Notes: generated by a model from the letters alone, not told the origin. 64,000 nt of DNA, filler included, from Licmophora abbreviata (GCA_900291995.1; 17 parts of 17 records of this genome joined end to end with filler, not necessarily neighbours in it), one strand, 5' to 3'. Shown: positions 9,694-22,817, numbered from the whole stretch's first letter. Made by a program: numbers and translations.

Positions 9694-10302
9694 GATGATT
9701 CCGTCGCCTTGTTGGCTAGCTTCACGGTGTTGTGTGTAACTTCTGTCATCGAATGTTTCTCAGCAAGTTCCCAGTCTTGTCAAGCAAGACTACACAGTCT
9801 TGCTCAGTCTTGCTTGCGTGCACGGTTGTCTCTCCCGTTTGTCCTCATCATCCAAATTATTCACACAGACAAGCCGACCACAACGTTCTGAGAAATCCGT
9901 GACGTCATAAATGCCGACCGAGCTCGAGAAGAGCTTTCGAGTCCTTCGCCCGATGACACCGATCGTGATCGGAGGTGTCACCATGGGATTGAGATAGGAA
10001 AGGACGAGAGACGGATGCACACCAAACAAGCACGGTTATCACTCCAGGGCATCGATAGTGCGTTGCATTCGGAAAATTAGCCGTAAGCAATTAGTCAGCA
10101 GAAAGCTACACTCCATAGACTATATTCGCCTTGACACGACCAATCAAGCCTGTTGTTCTTCAACACCATTCTCTATGCTGTTAGTCTCCAATCTATCGTT
10201 TCTCTATCTTCTATCGTTCGTCGCTCTATATTCTAAGTCTCGCCATCAATGCGATGGCAAAAATGCACAATTTCGTTTCGTCGTGGTCTCGCTGAGATTC
10301 CC

Positions 10303-11022
10303 TTACGACGTCAAAGTCGCCCGAAGGAAATCACCTTGATCGAGGCGGTGATGATGAGGCTCCCCGAGGCAGCTACAGCGCACATCGTCGTCGTCCTCCT
10401 GACTATCAGGCTGACGCTGGACACAAGCCTCTGGCCAGTAGTTCTTGCAAAAGTCCGCCCAGACATGAGCGGCATCGTTGTGCGCTGCCTGGTTGTACTG
10501 CTCCCGCGAGGCCACGTGGACCGTCTTGCCATCACTGCAGCTGTTCTGTCCATAGCGAGCGGCTCGTCCCCACTCATCGTCCTTTTCGCAGTGAACATGG
10601 CGTCCGTCCCAGAGACAGAAGGGTCTGGCGGGAGTGAGAGTCTGAGAGTGCTCGGCGAGAGAGTCGAGCGTATGCAAGACGGTGCCACAGTCATGGCCCA
10701 TGCGGCCCGACTCCTTCTGCACAGGCCAGCTGACGACGATGCCGCAAACCTTGTTTCGCTGGCACAAGTCTTGAATTTCCTCAAGGATCTCCTGCTTGAC
10801 AACGACTCGGTTGTTGTCCCGTGTCTTCTCCAGCTGGAGAGGAATGTCGGCGAGATTCTTAATTTTGTCGTCTTGTTCCGGATGACAGGCCAGAGCAAGA
10901 CTGAGCTTTTTCTGGGTAACGTTCATGCTGAGGACCGAGCCGGTCAGTTTCCTCCAGTCCAGTGCATTCGCAATGTGAGGCGGTGGCTTTAAGAACTTTG
11001 AAAGTATACTAGTGGATGCCAT
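10303..11022 (-). CDS. YqgF/RuvX-like RNase H-fold protein, catalytic residues apparently degenerate
   Basis: VLSMNVTQKKLSLALA resembles the YqgF LxxDxGxKxxGxA strand; GIVVSWP resembles IVVGxP; FCLWD resembles xxxDER. Confidence 0.55.
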   Translation of the reverse strand: MASTSILSKFLKPPPHIANALDWRKLTGSVLSMNVTQKKLSLALACHPEQDDKIKNLADIPLQLEKTRDNNRVVVKQEILEEIQDLCQRNKVCGIVVSWPVQKESGRMGHDCGTVLHTLDSLAEHSQTLTPARPFCLWDGRHVHCEKDDEWGRAARYGQNSCSDGKTVHVASREQYNQAAHNDAAHVWADFCKNYWPEACVQRQPDSQEDDDDVRCSCLGEPHHHRLDQGDFLRATLTS

Positions 11023-11689
11023 GATTCTTCTTTTTCTATGCTGGTGATCTATGAAGAGGACGTTGCAGCAGTCATGTTGAGTTTGTCACTCGCTTCTTTT
11101 TTGTTTGTGATGCGTTGTGAACGAGGTTTGCTTTCGTGTCCCGATGCTTCGCGAAAAAAGCTCCGTCACCGGTCGGAGTTGACACCGGCATCGCCTTTGT
11201 CCATATACACTTTCTTCAGATAGGTAGTATAAATAGAATCCTAGAGGATTCCTTTTCGACGTTGCTTCTACGTAACTGCCGGTACATGGATGTTGAAGTC
11301 GTGCTCGCAGTGCCGGCACCGGATGACCGTGACTTGACTTGCGTCGGGGTTCGGATTGATGGACTGNNNNNNNNNNNNNNNNNNNNNNNNNNNNNNNNNN
11401 NNNNNNNNNNTTAATTAATTAANNNNNNNNNNNNNNNNNNNNNNNNNNNNNNNNNNNNNNNNNNNNATTGGCTCCTTTGTGAGTCAGTGTGACTGACTGA
11501 CTCACTCATAATCGTGATGGTGATCGTGTCAGGACGGGACGAACAGAACAAGAAGGAAAGTTGTCTGTGATTTTTGGAACGAAGCGACAAAAACGACAAT
11601 GGGGCCGCCGAGGCAGATGATGGTTTCAGTTCCTCTCGGACAATCGATACCGTACCGTTAGAATACCATGCTATCATACATAGCTCACC

Positions 11690-13063
11690 ATGGAGGACGA
11701 TGAGAACACTGAAACACCAACGACAACAGCAACGAGGAGTACCACCCGTACTTCTTTGAATAGAGGCTACAGCATCGACCTGGTCGAGTTCTTTAGCGGC
11801 ATCGGAGGCATGCGGCTTGGCCTCGAACAAGCCTTGTGCCGTAATGCTGCTACTACTGCGAGTACTAGTACACCAGCAGCATCGTCATTGGCACCACCAA
11901 ACCGCTGCAAACTGGATTCTTGTCACGCCTACGAAATTTCACTCGAGGCCAACGCAGTGTATCGACATAACTATTGTATGGCACAACAACCACAACAACA
12001 AAACATAAACGAAAGAGTACACAATGACAGCAAGCAACGTCAGGATGCTCGTCGCTTTGCAGTGCACACGAAATTGGTCGAACAGCTCAAACCACAGCAC
12101 CTGTATCGTCTTCACGATAGTAATGGAACTTCTCCTGACAAGAACGAACACAGCACACTATGGACCATGAGTCCTCCCTGTCAGCCCTTTTCTTCGACAC
12201 GAGGCGGAAAACTCTTGGATTGTGACGACAAGCGATGTAATGGCTTGAAGGGTATTCTCAATCTCTTATCTGCAATATCTACAACCAACAAACCACGTTG
12301 GATCTTTCTGGAAAATGTAAAGGGCTTTCATGGGAGTCAAATGTTGAATCAAGTCTATGCATGTCTCCAGGCCAATGGATACACGTGGAAAGAGTACTTG
12401 GTGAGTCCCATACAATTGGGCATTCCCAATCATCGATTGAGATACTATCTCTTGTGTGAACGGTCGTTGCGGTTTAGCAAGGACGATGAAGCAACGAGCG
12501 GGACATGTTTTTCGACTCTACCCGTCACTGACTCCTGGAACGCTACGAAAGACTCGACCACTACTGCTACTTCAGCGGGACATCATCCTTATCAACAACG
12601 ACCTCTGTCTGACTATTTGGAATCCCTGACATTGGAAGAATCGCGACCTTATCTTGTACCGGATACAGCACTGCAACAACACTGGGCTCAAAACTTGAGC
12701 ATCGCGACTGGATCCTCCACGCAAACCTACTGTTTTACGTCCGCGTACAGTCGTATCCTTCACAAGGCTACTGGAAGTCTGGTTGTCGTGAATCATGACG
12801 GCGAAAATCCATCCATCAGCAGAACCGACAGCCTCACCGACAACGACGACCTCGACAATACCGACAATACGACGATGATGCAATTGTATTCGAACAAGCT
12901 GCGACGATTCACGCCCCGTGAATTGTTGAATCTATTTGGCTTTCCAGAAACCTTTTCATTCCCACCCGATACGAGTCTAGAACACCAGTACAAGCTGATT
13001 GGCAACTCGGTGAATGTTTCCGTCGTGACGCTGCTCCTGTACGAGTTGCTATTTGGAGAGTAG
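11690..13063 (+). CDS. DNMT2: tRNA (cytosine-38) C5-methyltransferase, Dnmt2 family
   Basis: EFFSGIGG (motif I), MSPPCQPF (IV), ENV (VI), GIPNHRLRYY (VIII), the Dnmt2-diagnostic CFTxxY (CFTSAY), LRRFTPRE (IX), GNSVNV (X). Confidence 0.92.
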   Translation: MEDDENTETPTTTATRSTTRTSLNRGYSIDLVEFFSGIGGMRLGLEQALCRNAATTASTSTPAASSLAPPNRCKLDSCHAYEISLEANAVYRHNYCMAQQPQQQNINERVHNDSKQRQDARRFAVHTKLVEQLKPQHLYRLHDSNGTSPDKNEHSTLWTMSPPCQPFSSTRGGKLLDCDDKRCNGLKGILNLLSAISTTNKPRWIFLENVKGFHGSQMLNQVYACLQANGYTWKEYLVSPIQLGIPNHRLRYYLLCERSLRFSKDDEATSGTCFSTLPVTDSWNATKDSTTTATSAGHHPYQQRPLSDYLESLTLEESRPYLVPDTALQQHWAQNLSIATGSSTQTYCFTSAYSRILHKATGSLVVVNHDGENPSISRTDSLTDNDDLDNTDNTTMMQLYSNKLRRFTPRELLNLFGFPETFSFPPDTSLEHQYKLIGNSVNVSVVTLLLYELLFGE

Positions 13064-13101
13064 GAGTTGTGCTCCAGAGTACACCAAGCATGCAGATCCT
13101 T

Positions 13102-14193
13102 CTACCCCACTGCCGGATGCTTGCAGATCGGACAAGCCGCCTTTCTTGCCAGCCACTGGTCGATACACCGCGCATGAAAGGTATGAAAGCAAGGGATTGT
13201 CCGCACTTCGTCATTCAACTCGTATTGTTCGAGACACACGGCACAGTGTGGCGGTGGTCGCAGGGACGACGACACCAATGCTTGTTCCGATGATTGCAAC
13301 AAGTCATCTCCCTGCGTCAGTACCCGCCGCGGACATCGCTCAATTTCATCCTGCGTCGCTCCCATACTTTGCAACAAGGACTGCACTGCCGGTCCCGCCT
13401 CTTCGTCAAACCGAAGCAGCTGTTCGTAGTCATTTCCCGAATAATCGCGATTGCGCACCACAAGCCGTAAGGATTCCAGTGATAAGGGTCGCTCTCCCTG
13501 TTGGGCGCGTTGTTGATTCAGACGTTGTGCCCAAACACGAAAGGCTTGTTGCTGACGACGACGAGCAGCATCGCGTGGGGTCGTAGCTGTAGATCGATTC
13601 GTAGATCGACTGGTAGAAGAAGAAGCAGAAGCAAAATTGGGACGTATATAGTAGAGTACCAAGAGTCTCGTCATGAAGCACATCCCCAGCATGGTGACAA
13701 AGGTCGACAGAAAGCGAAAGAATATGACCCACTCGGAGATTGGTGGGAGCTGTTCCCCCTCTTCACCGTTCGCCGAATCTCCGGCCGTAGTGTTGCTCGT
13801 GTGACGAGCCTTGTTGCTGTTCTTACTATCATAATGCATCAGTAGTTCCTTTTCTCGCAGTCGTTGCTTCGCTTCTTCTTGTTTACGCTGTCGTTCTTTC
13901 TTCTCATTTAGATACTTTGCAGCCGTCGCATTGTATCGTCTTTGCCTGTCGAGCAAGCGTTGTTGCTGTCGCTGTGCTTGTCGAATTTGATACTCTACAT
14001 GCAATTCACTATTCTGTTTCAACACTGCAAGCACCTCGTAGGGAGACTGAGGGCTCGACCACAACAAGGCATACGAGTACGCGACAACGACAAGCACTGT
14101 GAAGAGGATCTTTCGAAACTGTCTCCAGCAGGGAAGACTGCGATTCGATTGCCGAAACGACTGCACGCGGGAAAATTCAGACGCTGATGGCAT
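13102..14193 (-). CDS. Membrane-anchored RING-H2 E3 ubiquitin ligase
   Basis: Two hydrophobic segments; RDYSGNDYEQLLRFDE; C-terminal CAVCLE...IPCFHTFHARCIDQWL...CPICK. Confidence 0.9.
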   Translation of the reverse strand: MPSASEFSRVQSFRQSNRSLPCWRQFRKILFTVLVVVAYSYALLWSSPQSPYEVLAVLKQNSELHVEYQIRQAQRQQQRLLDRQRRYNATAAKYLNEKKERQRKQEEAKQRLREKELLMHYDSKNSNKARHTSNTTAGDSANGEEGEQLPPISEWVIFFRFLSTFVTMLGMCFMTRLLVLYYIRPNFASASSSTSRSTNRSTATTPRDAARRRQQQAFRVWAQRLNQQRAQQGERPLSLESLRLVVRNRDYSGNDYEQLLRFDEEAGPAVQSLLQSMGATQDEIERCPRRVLTQGDDLLQSSEQALVSSSLRPPPHCAVCLEQYELNDEVRTIPCFHTFHARCIDQWLARKAACPICKHPAVG

Positions 14194-14717
14194 GTTTCTT
14201 TTTTAAAAAAGTTAAAGAAAGCTGTTGAGCTTCTTGTACAGTGTAATTTGTGAAACTATGCACAGAGTCGAAGTTTGTCTTGGACGAGTGATGCCGTGCT
14301 CTGTGGAGACTTGAGGCATGCGATATCTTCACCAAATTTTGTTGTCGTCGAGCATGGCGCAATTTTTGTGGAACGTTGGGGTCCGTCCATCCGTCCGTTT
14401 TACACCATTCCGTCCGCCGTCCGCATTGTCTCGTCTTGTATGAGTCGAGTCGAGCAACCAAGCCTTCGACGATCATCAGCCGTTGTAGTAGTAGTAGTTC
14501 CGCAGCTCTAGTCGCAGAAGGAAGACTGTCGACGCGTCGAGGCGGGGGGATAGAAGGAGCCAGAGGGAGTTCCTTGTTGTCGTTTCCTCTGCTAGAAGGG
14601 TCAATCTCAACATCATTNNNNNNNNNNNNNNNNNNNNNNNNNNNNNNNNNNNNNNNNNNNNTTAATTAATTAANNNNNNNNNNNNNNNNNNNNNNNNNNN
14701 NNNNNNNNNNNNNNNNN

Positions 14718-15480
14718 ATATCCTAAAGTCCAAGGGCGCGGAACGGTACAAAGACTGTCCACCGGCGTTGATTCACTGTGGGAGTGCCATATTGGCGGGA
14801 GGAGTGGCGGATGTTATTTGCAATCCACTTTTCGTTGTCAGGTAAGGCCTGAAGAAACGGCGAACATGGTACATTGTCAGAACTATTGAGTGTATATTCA
14901 ATTCTGCACCGCGATGCTTGCATCTCTATTTTGCTTTAGAACACGACTCCAAACAGAGTCTTTGCATCACGTTGCAGGGCATGTGCAATCGGGTATTGTC
15001 TCGACCGTACGAGACTTGTATGCGACCGGTGGACTGCGCATTTTCTGGAGAGGCATGACGGCCAGCTTGTTTGGATTGAGTCATGTGGCAGTTCAATTTC
15101 CTGTCTATGAATGGCTCAAGAGCGAGGCTCGGAATCGATCCGATGACGGCACGGAATCGCCTTTGGACTTGTTGCTTGCGTCTGCCTTTTCCAAAATGTG
15201 TGCCTCCCTACTCACCTACCCTCATGAGGTTGCACGCGCAAGAATGATGGACTACAGAGCGGAAGTGGGGACAGCGGCCTCCAAGGGGGCACGACTGTGG
15301 CCCACGTTGAATCGGATTTATGCTAATGAAGGGTATGCTGGATTCTATGCGGGATTGCGAGTCTCGTTGCTTCGTGTTGTACCGAATTGTTGTATCACCT
15401 TCTTGACGTATGAGTTGCTTTTGCGGTGGTCCAAGGAACAGTTGGAGAAACGAAATAGGAGCAGTGGAATACTGAAGTAG
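14718..15480 (+). CDS. Mitochondrial carrier (SLC25; NAD+/folate-carrier-like), 5'-truncated
   Basis: Exons <14718-14841 and 14940-15480. Carrier signatures NPLFVVRTRLQ and YPHEVARARM; FWRG...GLSHVAVQFPVYE; FYAG...RVVP. Confidence 0.88.
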
Positions 15481-15601
15481 CATTCTTCTTAGAAAAGGTC
15501 GTCGTTGAGACAAAGGAAATGCCATGTAACACTCATTACGTTGTTATTGTTGCTGTACAAATCTTTTCTAGCTAGCCTGTGACGACACACAGGCGTCGAG
15601 C

Positions 15602-18600
15602 TTATGCCAGGGCACTATATTTGGCAATGTTGGCAGAATTGAGTCGGCGCCGTCGATAAAATAGAACGTATGCCATTTCCGACACGACATTACGGGGTGG
15701 AATGGGCTCCACCAGCTCATCGTCAAATTGCAACCAGAGAGGCTCTGCAGACTGGGAAATGGACCTGGCTACAGCTGCGGCCGCAATTTTCTGCTGTTGA
15801 CTTGAATTCTCCTTGTCTTTTCGCCCTCCCAGGCGCCAACCAGTCCTGTCATCACCAGTATCACCCATCTCGCCTCCAAGGAGGGTGCTGGTACCAGCAC
15901 CAGGGAATCCGTAAGCCACTTCTTCGCTCCCTTCGGGACTACAAATTGTGGCTCGACAAGAGGCAATGTAGTGTCCTCCTGTCATGCTTCCATAGTGATT
16001 CAGGACTCCAATGAGATCGTATACACAGGAGTCCTCGGGGTCTAGAGCAGGAGACTCGTTGTGGCACCACTCTGTCAAGTCGAGGCCAGTAAGTGGAAAG
16101 TTGACTTTGGTGGATATCTTTTCGCGCCAGCGAGCGGAGCAGTTGAAACGCTTTATATGAAGGGTAACAAGGTCGGGGAGTCGCCAAAGATTCATATTTT
16201 GTTTGCCTTCCCTGTATTCCTTGCACTGGGGACAGCGCCAATTGTCCGATAGGCTGAGCTCTTGCTCCTTGCAGAACTCGGTGAGGCACTCACCAAGCTG
16301 CAAGCCTCCACTCCCAGCGATTGACTTGCTCTTGGCGGCCTTGCGGTCACTCTCTTCCAATAAGGCAGCGCTTGCACTGTGGACCGCGATCGTGGGAGGT
16401 ATGTACATGACGGGAATCGGGGGCGAGATGCCCTTTTTATCCGTGGGATAATCGCGCCAGTGCAACACTATGCCGTGGCGAGCGTGCATAAAATTTCCAA
16501 TCGTCCGCAAGAGCGAGAACGGATACGGCAATTCTTCAGTGGCTGGACCAACCTTATGGCCAGTGGGCGCATCCAGTGTACACACTCGCACCTCGAAAGG
16601 CAAGCGATGCAACAGAGCACCTACCCTCTTGACCAAAGTAGTCGACATGGACGTGGAGTCGAAATCGGGATTGCGGAAAGAGTCGCTTGTTGGTTCGCCG
16701 GTTCGAGGAAGATCTAGCGCCGCTCGAACGTAGATTCGATCGCATTCAATCAGAAGCTTTATCAGATCAGCGACTGCCATCTGAGCTCTCTCATAGACCT
16801 TCTTGTATTTGACGTCGACCTCGAGAACATCATCGACGTCAACAGGCCCAACCCTAGAGGCTCCAGAAGGCTGCTGCAAGAATCTGGCTGCCTGTGCTAA
16901 GATGTGCGCTCCGGCGCGAGCAGTACTCCACTCTGGATGACACTGCAAAAAGAATGACTGGCCGAACAGGACGTTCGTTTTGGTGCGCCGATTGTGGTAT
17001 CGATGATGTACAATGAACTCAGTCGGCTTGGGGCGTGGTATTGCATGAGAATACAGTGGACGTACTTGACCCTTGGAAAAATGATCAATGGTGTAGGTTT
17101 CGTCCCATTTGGACGAGAAGCAATCAAAATGGATTCGGACCTTTGTCTGTGCCGGGTCGACTTTTCCCTGGTCGGTTGAATCTGACTCGCTCGCTGCGCC
17201 TTCGATAATTTCAACGACACTTCCTGGAAACCAGTGGTCCTTCTGATCGATAGCATCAACGCGCAAGCCGAGCTTGAACTCGTTTTCTTTCCTCGGCCAC
17301 AGACATCGAGAGATCGCCTTTGCGATTGGCAACATATCCGTATCGTATTCTCGGCATTCAGCTTTGTCTCCGTAATATCGCAGACATTCTCGGACAAGCT
17401 CCTGGTTTTTATCTGAGACACCCAAAGCCTCTTCTTCGTCGGAAGGAGAAGTACCATCTGAATCAGCCGATTCCGTTTTGGCGTCTTCGTCGTCTTCTGT
17501 GTTGTCAACTACTGTCAGGGCTCTTGGATTCAACGTGGTCTGAAACGCAATCAATCGGGTTGGCAACGCTGATCTCTTTCCAGTGGGACTCTTCGCGCCT
17601 TGCCAACACGCAGGGCCGTCTTTGTCCGAAAGAACAATGACCTTTGTTTGCTTTCTCGTTGGGCTTGATTCAGGCACGCTGTTCTGTACGTCGACTTCCT
17701 CTAATCTGCAGAGTTTGATCTGGCTCGCAGGAATGCCTGCGATGTTTTGTAGCTGCAACTTCAGATCACCAATATCTGCGAGGCGTGACATTGCGATTGC
17801 GTACTGCTCTAGCACTAGGGCCGGTGATGGCGGCTGAGGATCGTCCGCCACCTCGCTACCACGATGTCGGTCATTCTTGGCCAGTGTTTTTCGCCGCACG
17901 ATGGAAAATCTGAGGACTGTTGGTTTCTGTGGCGCGGCGAGCTACCGTACACTGATAAACAACGTCTGCCACTGCCGGTAGCGGAATCGAAAGCGAATTG
18001 AAAGGATCAAAGATTCGGCTCGAAAAATTACACTTGGGGCAAGTGACCGTGTTTAGGACTTGACCCATCGCAACATCAGCCATGATTGAGCGGTTTCTGC
18101 GAAGGAACCTGAGTCGCACAAGGGAAAGACAATAGGCAACTGAGTACAGACAGTAAAGTCACATCTAAGGTCATCAGGAAAAGAGTAGCATACCTTCTCC
18201 AAGCTTCCTCTCCGACAGACGGAAGTGTGTTTGCCTTCACCCAATCATCCTCCAGCGCTTCGACGTAAGGCTTGTTTTTGACCTTGTTGCTGTCTTCATG
18301 CAGGACGTCAAGAAGGTAATTCAACAGTTCCTGCAGCATCAAGATGAATGCGACATATGTGTAAGCTAGGCCATGAGGCTTATGGCCCCTCTCATCTGAA
18401 AGAACGTCATCGGACTTACCTGGGCATCTTGCTGATCAGCACCCGAAAACTGTGATCTCGCTTTGCCCAACTGACCACGAAAACGCGTCGGCGAACGTTC
18501 ACCATACTTTCCGCTCCACATCACGCGAAGTAGTTCCGCGAATTCTTCCAATAGCTTGCCTCCAGTTCCGAGTGGATTGTCCTTGTTCAGATCCCCTGAC

Positions 18601-21600
18601 GCCTTGTACTGGGCGCTCAGTAGGTAAGCACGTAGCAGCGGCATGTAGCTGACACACTGGAGGGCTGAATTTGCATAACCTTGGAGGCGCAAGGATCAGG
18701 AAGGCCGGTCAGAAGATGAAGGTGAAACGCAAGACGCATCAACAAGCCGACGCCAACTTACATGTGTTGCCGAGATTATTCAACCCACAAGCCCCGTATC
18801 CGGGGAGAGTGCACAATTTTCCGCCATTCTGATCGTTCGTCTCAGACGATGTTCTCCTGACAACCGATCCAGGTTTCGTCTTGGAATCAGCGTCATTCTT
18901 TCCATTCGTTCCTGAGTCTTCACTTTTATCGTCCGAAGCGTTCGCCGTGAAGCGGCCTACGATTGCCAAACGGTCTGAGTCAACACTGATCCACTCGGCA
19001 TGCGCGCCCGCTTCGTCAAAGTCGACTCGGACTACTTTCTTCTTCCTATCAGAGGTAGTTGTACCAGTGTTACGCGCTTCTTCATCATCATCATCCTCAG
19101 TTTCCTCGTCGTCGTCATTGTCTTTTTCGTCACTTAGTTGGACGTGAGTGATCTCAACTTCGAACCATCTTCCCGAGACGTCCATAGCGTCTACCTTGAG
19201 TCCAATCAGTGAGGGGGCGACTTGCAAAGCATCACCCTTTTCGTCGGTCCCTTTTAGCAGTCTTCGAAACTTTAAATCTTCTTCCGCTACACGTCGTTGC
19301 CTTCCCGCCTTAGCAGCAGCCTCTCGAGGCCAGACGGACACGTCGTTCTGATGCACGACAGAAAATTCAAGCATGAGCCTATCGCCGTTCGCAAGACCGA
19401 TTCCTTCGACCGTCGAATGATCTGCATATTTCTGCCAATTTTCTCGCAGCTCGTCGTAATTGTCCTGGAGCTCTCGGCTGCGATCGGCGGAGGGCAGAGT
19501 GGCTGTCCGGTTCTTGCACAACAAACTCCAAGGCCCGTATCGTGTCATTCCGTCCTTTGTGGCCGACGGCTCGACTCTTTTCCAAAGACGCGTTTCACCC
19601 CTGCCTTGCTTCTTCATTGCTTTCGCACTAGGTATAGGCAGTCTCATTATTATCTCGGCATAAAGCCTCCACAAAGGCTGATCAGGCGTTGCCATCACAC
19701 GAATCGACACCTGACCGGCGTCACCCCTCCGATACGGCTGCTGCGAGTCACATACATGACAGTGAATGACCCAAGGGTGCGTCACAACAGCAAAGGAATC
19801 AGGTATTTGAAGTAATTTGCTTGGCTTGGGAGAGATGACCTCGATGCTCTCAGATGGAATGATGTCATCGTCTTCCATCTGCTTGCTGTCGCTCGAGAAG
19901 GCTCGTTCCCGAGACTCGATCACTTGGGGTGGTAGAACCATGCGAGGAAGTGGGGGCCCACCACCGTAGAGTTCATAAAGAACATTCCAGACTCCGGGCG
20001 GCACGAGGACAAAATCGCCATTCTTTACGAGTCCAGCTTTCATTGCTTCATATGAGCCATATGAGCCAGCCAGAATGGTATCGGAAGAACGATCCAAGAG
20101 TTGTTCCGTCGAAAGCTCATCAGGCCTCTTTCGAGAGCGTCTTTCCGGACTCTCGTCTCCATTCCAATCCCACCCGACATAACTCACCCACTGATCCCAC
20201 CACTGCTTGTCGATACAGTAAGCGATTCCGTGCCCCAGACCACCACGACCATCGAAGCCACCGATTCCTCCCCAAACATGCGTCGGCGTTGCTGAAGAAG
20301 AAGCCTCTCCGTTAGTTACATGATCAAAAAAGCCCCGAACTGACTGACTGATGTAGCTGAGAGCATCATGCTGCTCATCTTCCGGCTTCCATAGCCTAAT
20401 GTCGTTGTGCTGCCACTCTTTCCATTGGTTGAACACAAGCTCCCTTTCAGACGAGGGACTGGTCAGATTTCCGGCAGCAAATAGTCGGTGCATGATCGTA
20501 TCAAGCGCAACATCGTCCAGTGCTTCATTCGCCCATTGAGCAAAAACGCCGACAGTCCATTTTTCATCGGATAGCTTCAAGTGCGGTTCACACGCCTCCC
20601 AGAACCTATCCATCGACTCGTTCAAGGCGACATCCTCGTACATCACTCGTCGCCCTTCTCGCACTTCTTGCATATGATCCATCACAACGGACTGACCAGG
20701 TCCAACTGCACTTGCCCAGTCGGCAAGGAGTGAATTCGAAGACGAAGTAGCTGGTAGCTGATTGCGACTGCTGCCGACTCCACTCCCCTTTCGTTCGGGT
20801 GAAGAAGCCGTAGGTGGTTCCTGGGTCGCCACGTGGGTCATGTAAAGGAGATTGGCAAGCGTTTCCATGACGCCCATGGAATACAAGACGAGGGACTTAT
20901 TGATTGTCTGTCCAGGAATGCTCATTGTGGATTCGTCCGGTAAAAATTGTGCACCGAAAAAGTAATAATGAGAAAGTGATGCAAGGGACAAGACAGTCTC
21001 GTTCCCAACTTCCAATAGCCAAGTGGGAACCCCGCCCGCAGGATGTCTCGATAAAAATCTGGTTAACACTTTTGGTGGTAGCATGAGATAAAACAAAAGC
21101 TGCAGTCTCTGAGCACGCGATCCGCCTACAGTCGAAGAGGAGCACCGTATGGAACGTTGTGAGTCTCGAACGTGCGCACATTGATACACACAAACTTGGA
21201 TCAGAATCTGCAGCCACTTACGCAATCCCAATGATGTGAGAAAGCAAATATTGGCAAAGGTCACGCCTGGGAGCATCTCCGGTGGGCCATCTGGTGGAGT
21301 GAACTCTGGCAGAGGAACATCCAGTTTGGGCGAGGGATGGTTCACGTCCAGATCGAGTCCCACCTGCATTGCCGTGTCGTCGGCAATCATCTCCACTCGA
21401 TCCCACAAGGTACCAGACATGTGCAACAAGAGAATATAGGCTGCTCCAATGGGGTCCACTGAGCTACTGAAGGAAGTCTCGTGGTTCTCCACTTGAACAC
21501 GCATCTGCCATTCGGGGTGAGGTGTAGTGCTATTTCGAAACATCCATAGTTTTCGAACAATACTCTCGTCCAGCAGGTGATGGCGATCTCGTGTCGCGCG

Positions 21601-22101
21601 AGCATCCAGTGCACCCATGTCCTGCGTAACTTTAGTCGTCAACATATTTCCAGCGCCAGTTCGTAGGCGCTGGCCCATGGTCAGTTTCCCGGACGCCGGC
21701 AGTGCGTTGCCGAGTTGTCGTACCGTGCGCTGCAAAAACGTCACTTCCGTTGGACTCAATCGCCGGATCTGTCGACCAATCAAAAAGTCCAAGACCGACT
21801 GTACATCGTGAGGATCAATAGGCTTGTAGGTCTGAAGCAAAGTTTTCCAGCGAGCGTCTGCTGCATGCCGCGCTTTCGACCCCGGAGAGAGAGGAATCGT
21901 GGTGCCGTTTTGCATCTTGCTTCCATTCTTCGGTGGAGTTTTCGGTGCACTTGCGTTTTTCGAAGCACGTCTTCTTGATCGTATAGACGTGTCAGTTGCA
22001 TCAGACGAAGTTGGATGACTCGGGTGGTGATTTGGGGAACTTGAAGCACCCATAGGAGGAGATGTGGAGTCCATCGTAGCCTTGGACTGAGAGCACCCCA
22101 T
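15602..22101 (-). CDS. Large ubiquitin-specific protease (DUSP-containing, USP32/USP15-like)
   Basis: N-terminus MGCSQS. DUSP motifs (IDKQWWDQW...FVLVPPGVW...YGGGP). Cys box GLNNLGNTC|YANS split by intron 18761-18680; QQDAQE; His box NHYGSMTGGHY; WLQFDD; AYVLFY. Other introns 18419-18331, 18193-18109 and probably 21221-21126. One apparent frameshift near 17890-17908. Confidence 0.92.
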
Positions 22102-22817
22102 GTTTGTGTATCAATCAGTGCCACCCCGATTTCCAATTTTGCAGCCCAAAATCAATCTCGCAGGACTCGAAAGCCGCCCTATGGTAATAATCGACCTTGC
22201 AATGGAATCTATAGCTGAAAAAAGCAACTGCTCCAGCAGAAGTCCGTCTCAATGATCTAACAGCCACACCCGAGTTGATCTTCCCGCGACATAATTGAAT
22301 CTTCCAACTTCCAACCTTTTCCGCCACGAAAAAGTAACAACTACCTAGCGTTAATTGTTCTTCAAAACGTGTTTTTTTTAATCTATGTGTCATATAAGTA
22401 TCCAGACGATGGAGAGTGAACTTTGGCTCTCGCTGATTTCACAAAGCGTCCAGACGACGTACGTACGCATTAATATTATTATCCTCAAGGACGAATGGAA
22501 AATGATGAACTTTCTTTTTTAGATCTATCCAGCTTATCCAGCGTACGAGTCCCAATCGTACATGAGAAATCGGTCTTCTCACTTCCGTACAACTACTACT
22601 GCATCCAACGCTAATGACTCCCTACGCGTTTTCGATTGAACGCAGTGGAGTCCTTGTGTCACAAAGTGTATTTGCCCCATGCTATGCCTCTATCGAATAT
22701 GCTCACCTCGAGACAAAAAGACCACAGCGTTTGCATGAGACACCCCCAAAGGTAGTGTCAGTCGAGTAGAAGAGTTTCAATCGAACAAGAGAAGAAGAGG
22801 AAGCATCGGTGGAAGTC

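Noticed and set aside
10249..10992. 247-aa plus-strand ORF and 195-aa alternative-frame ORF over the YqgF-like gene
   Set aside because: Shadow frames with no recognisable features.
11690..13063. DNA methyltransferase of a restriction-modification or transposon-silencing system
   Set aside because: The CFTxxY motif and overall layout identify Dnmt2, a tRNA methyltransferase; no partner nuclease, and it is not linked to the retroelement contig.
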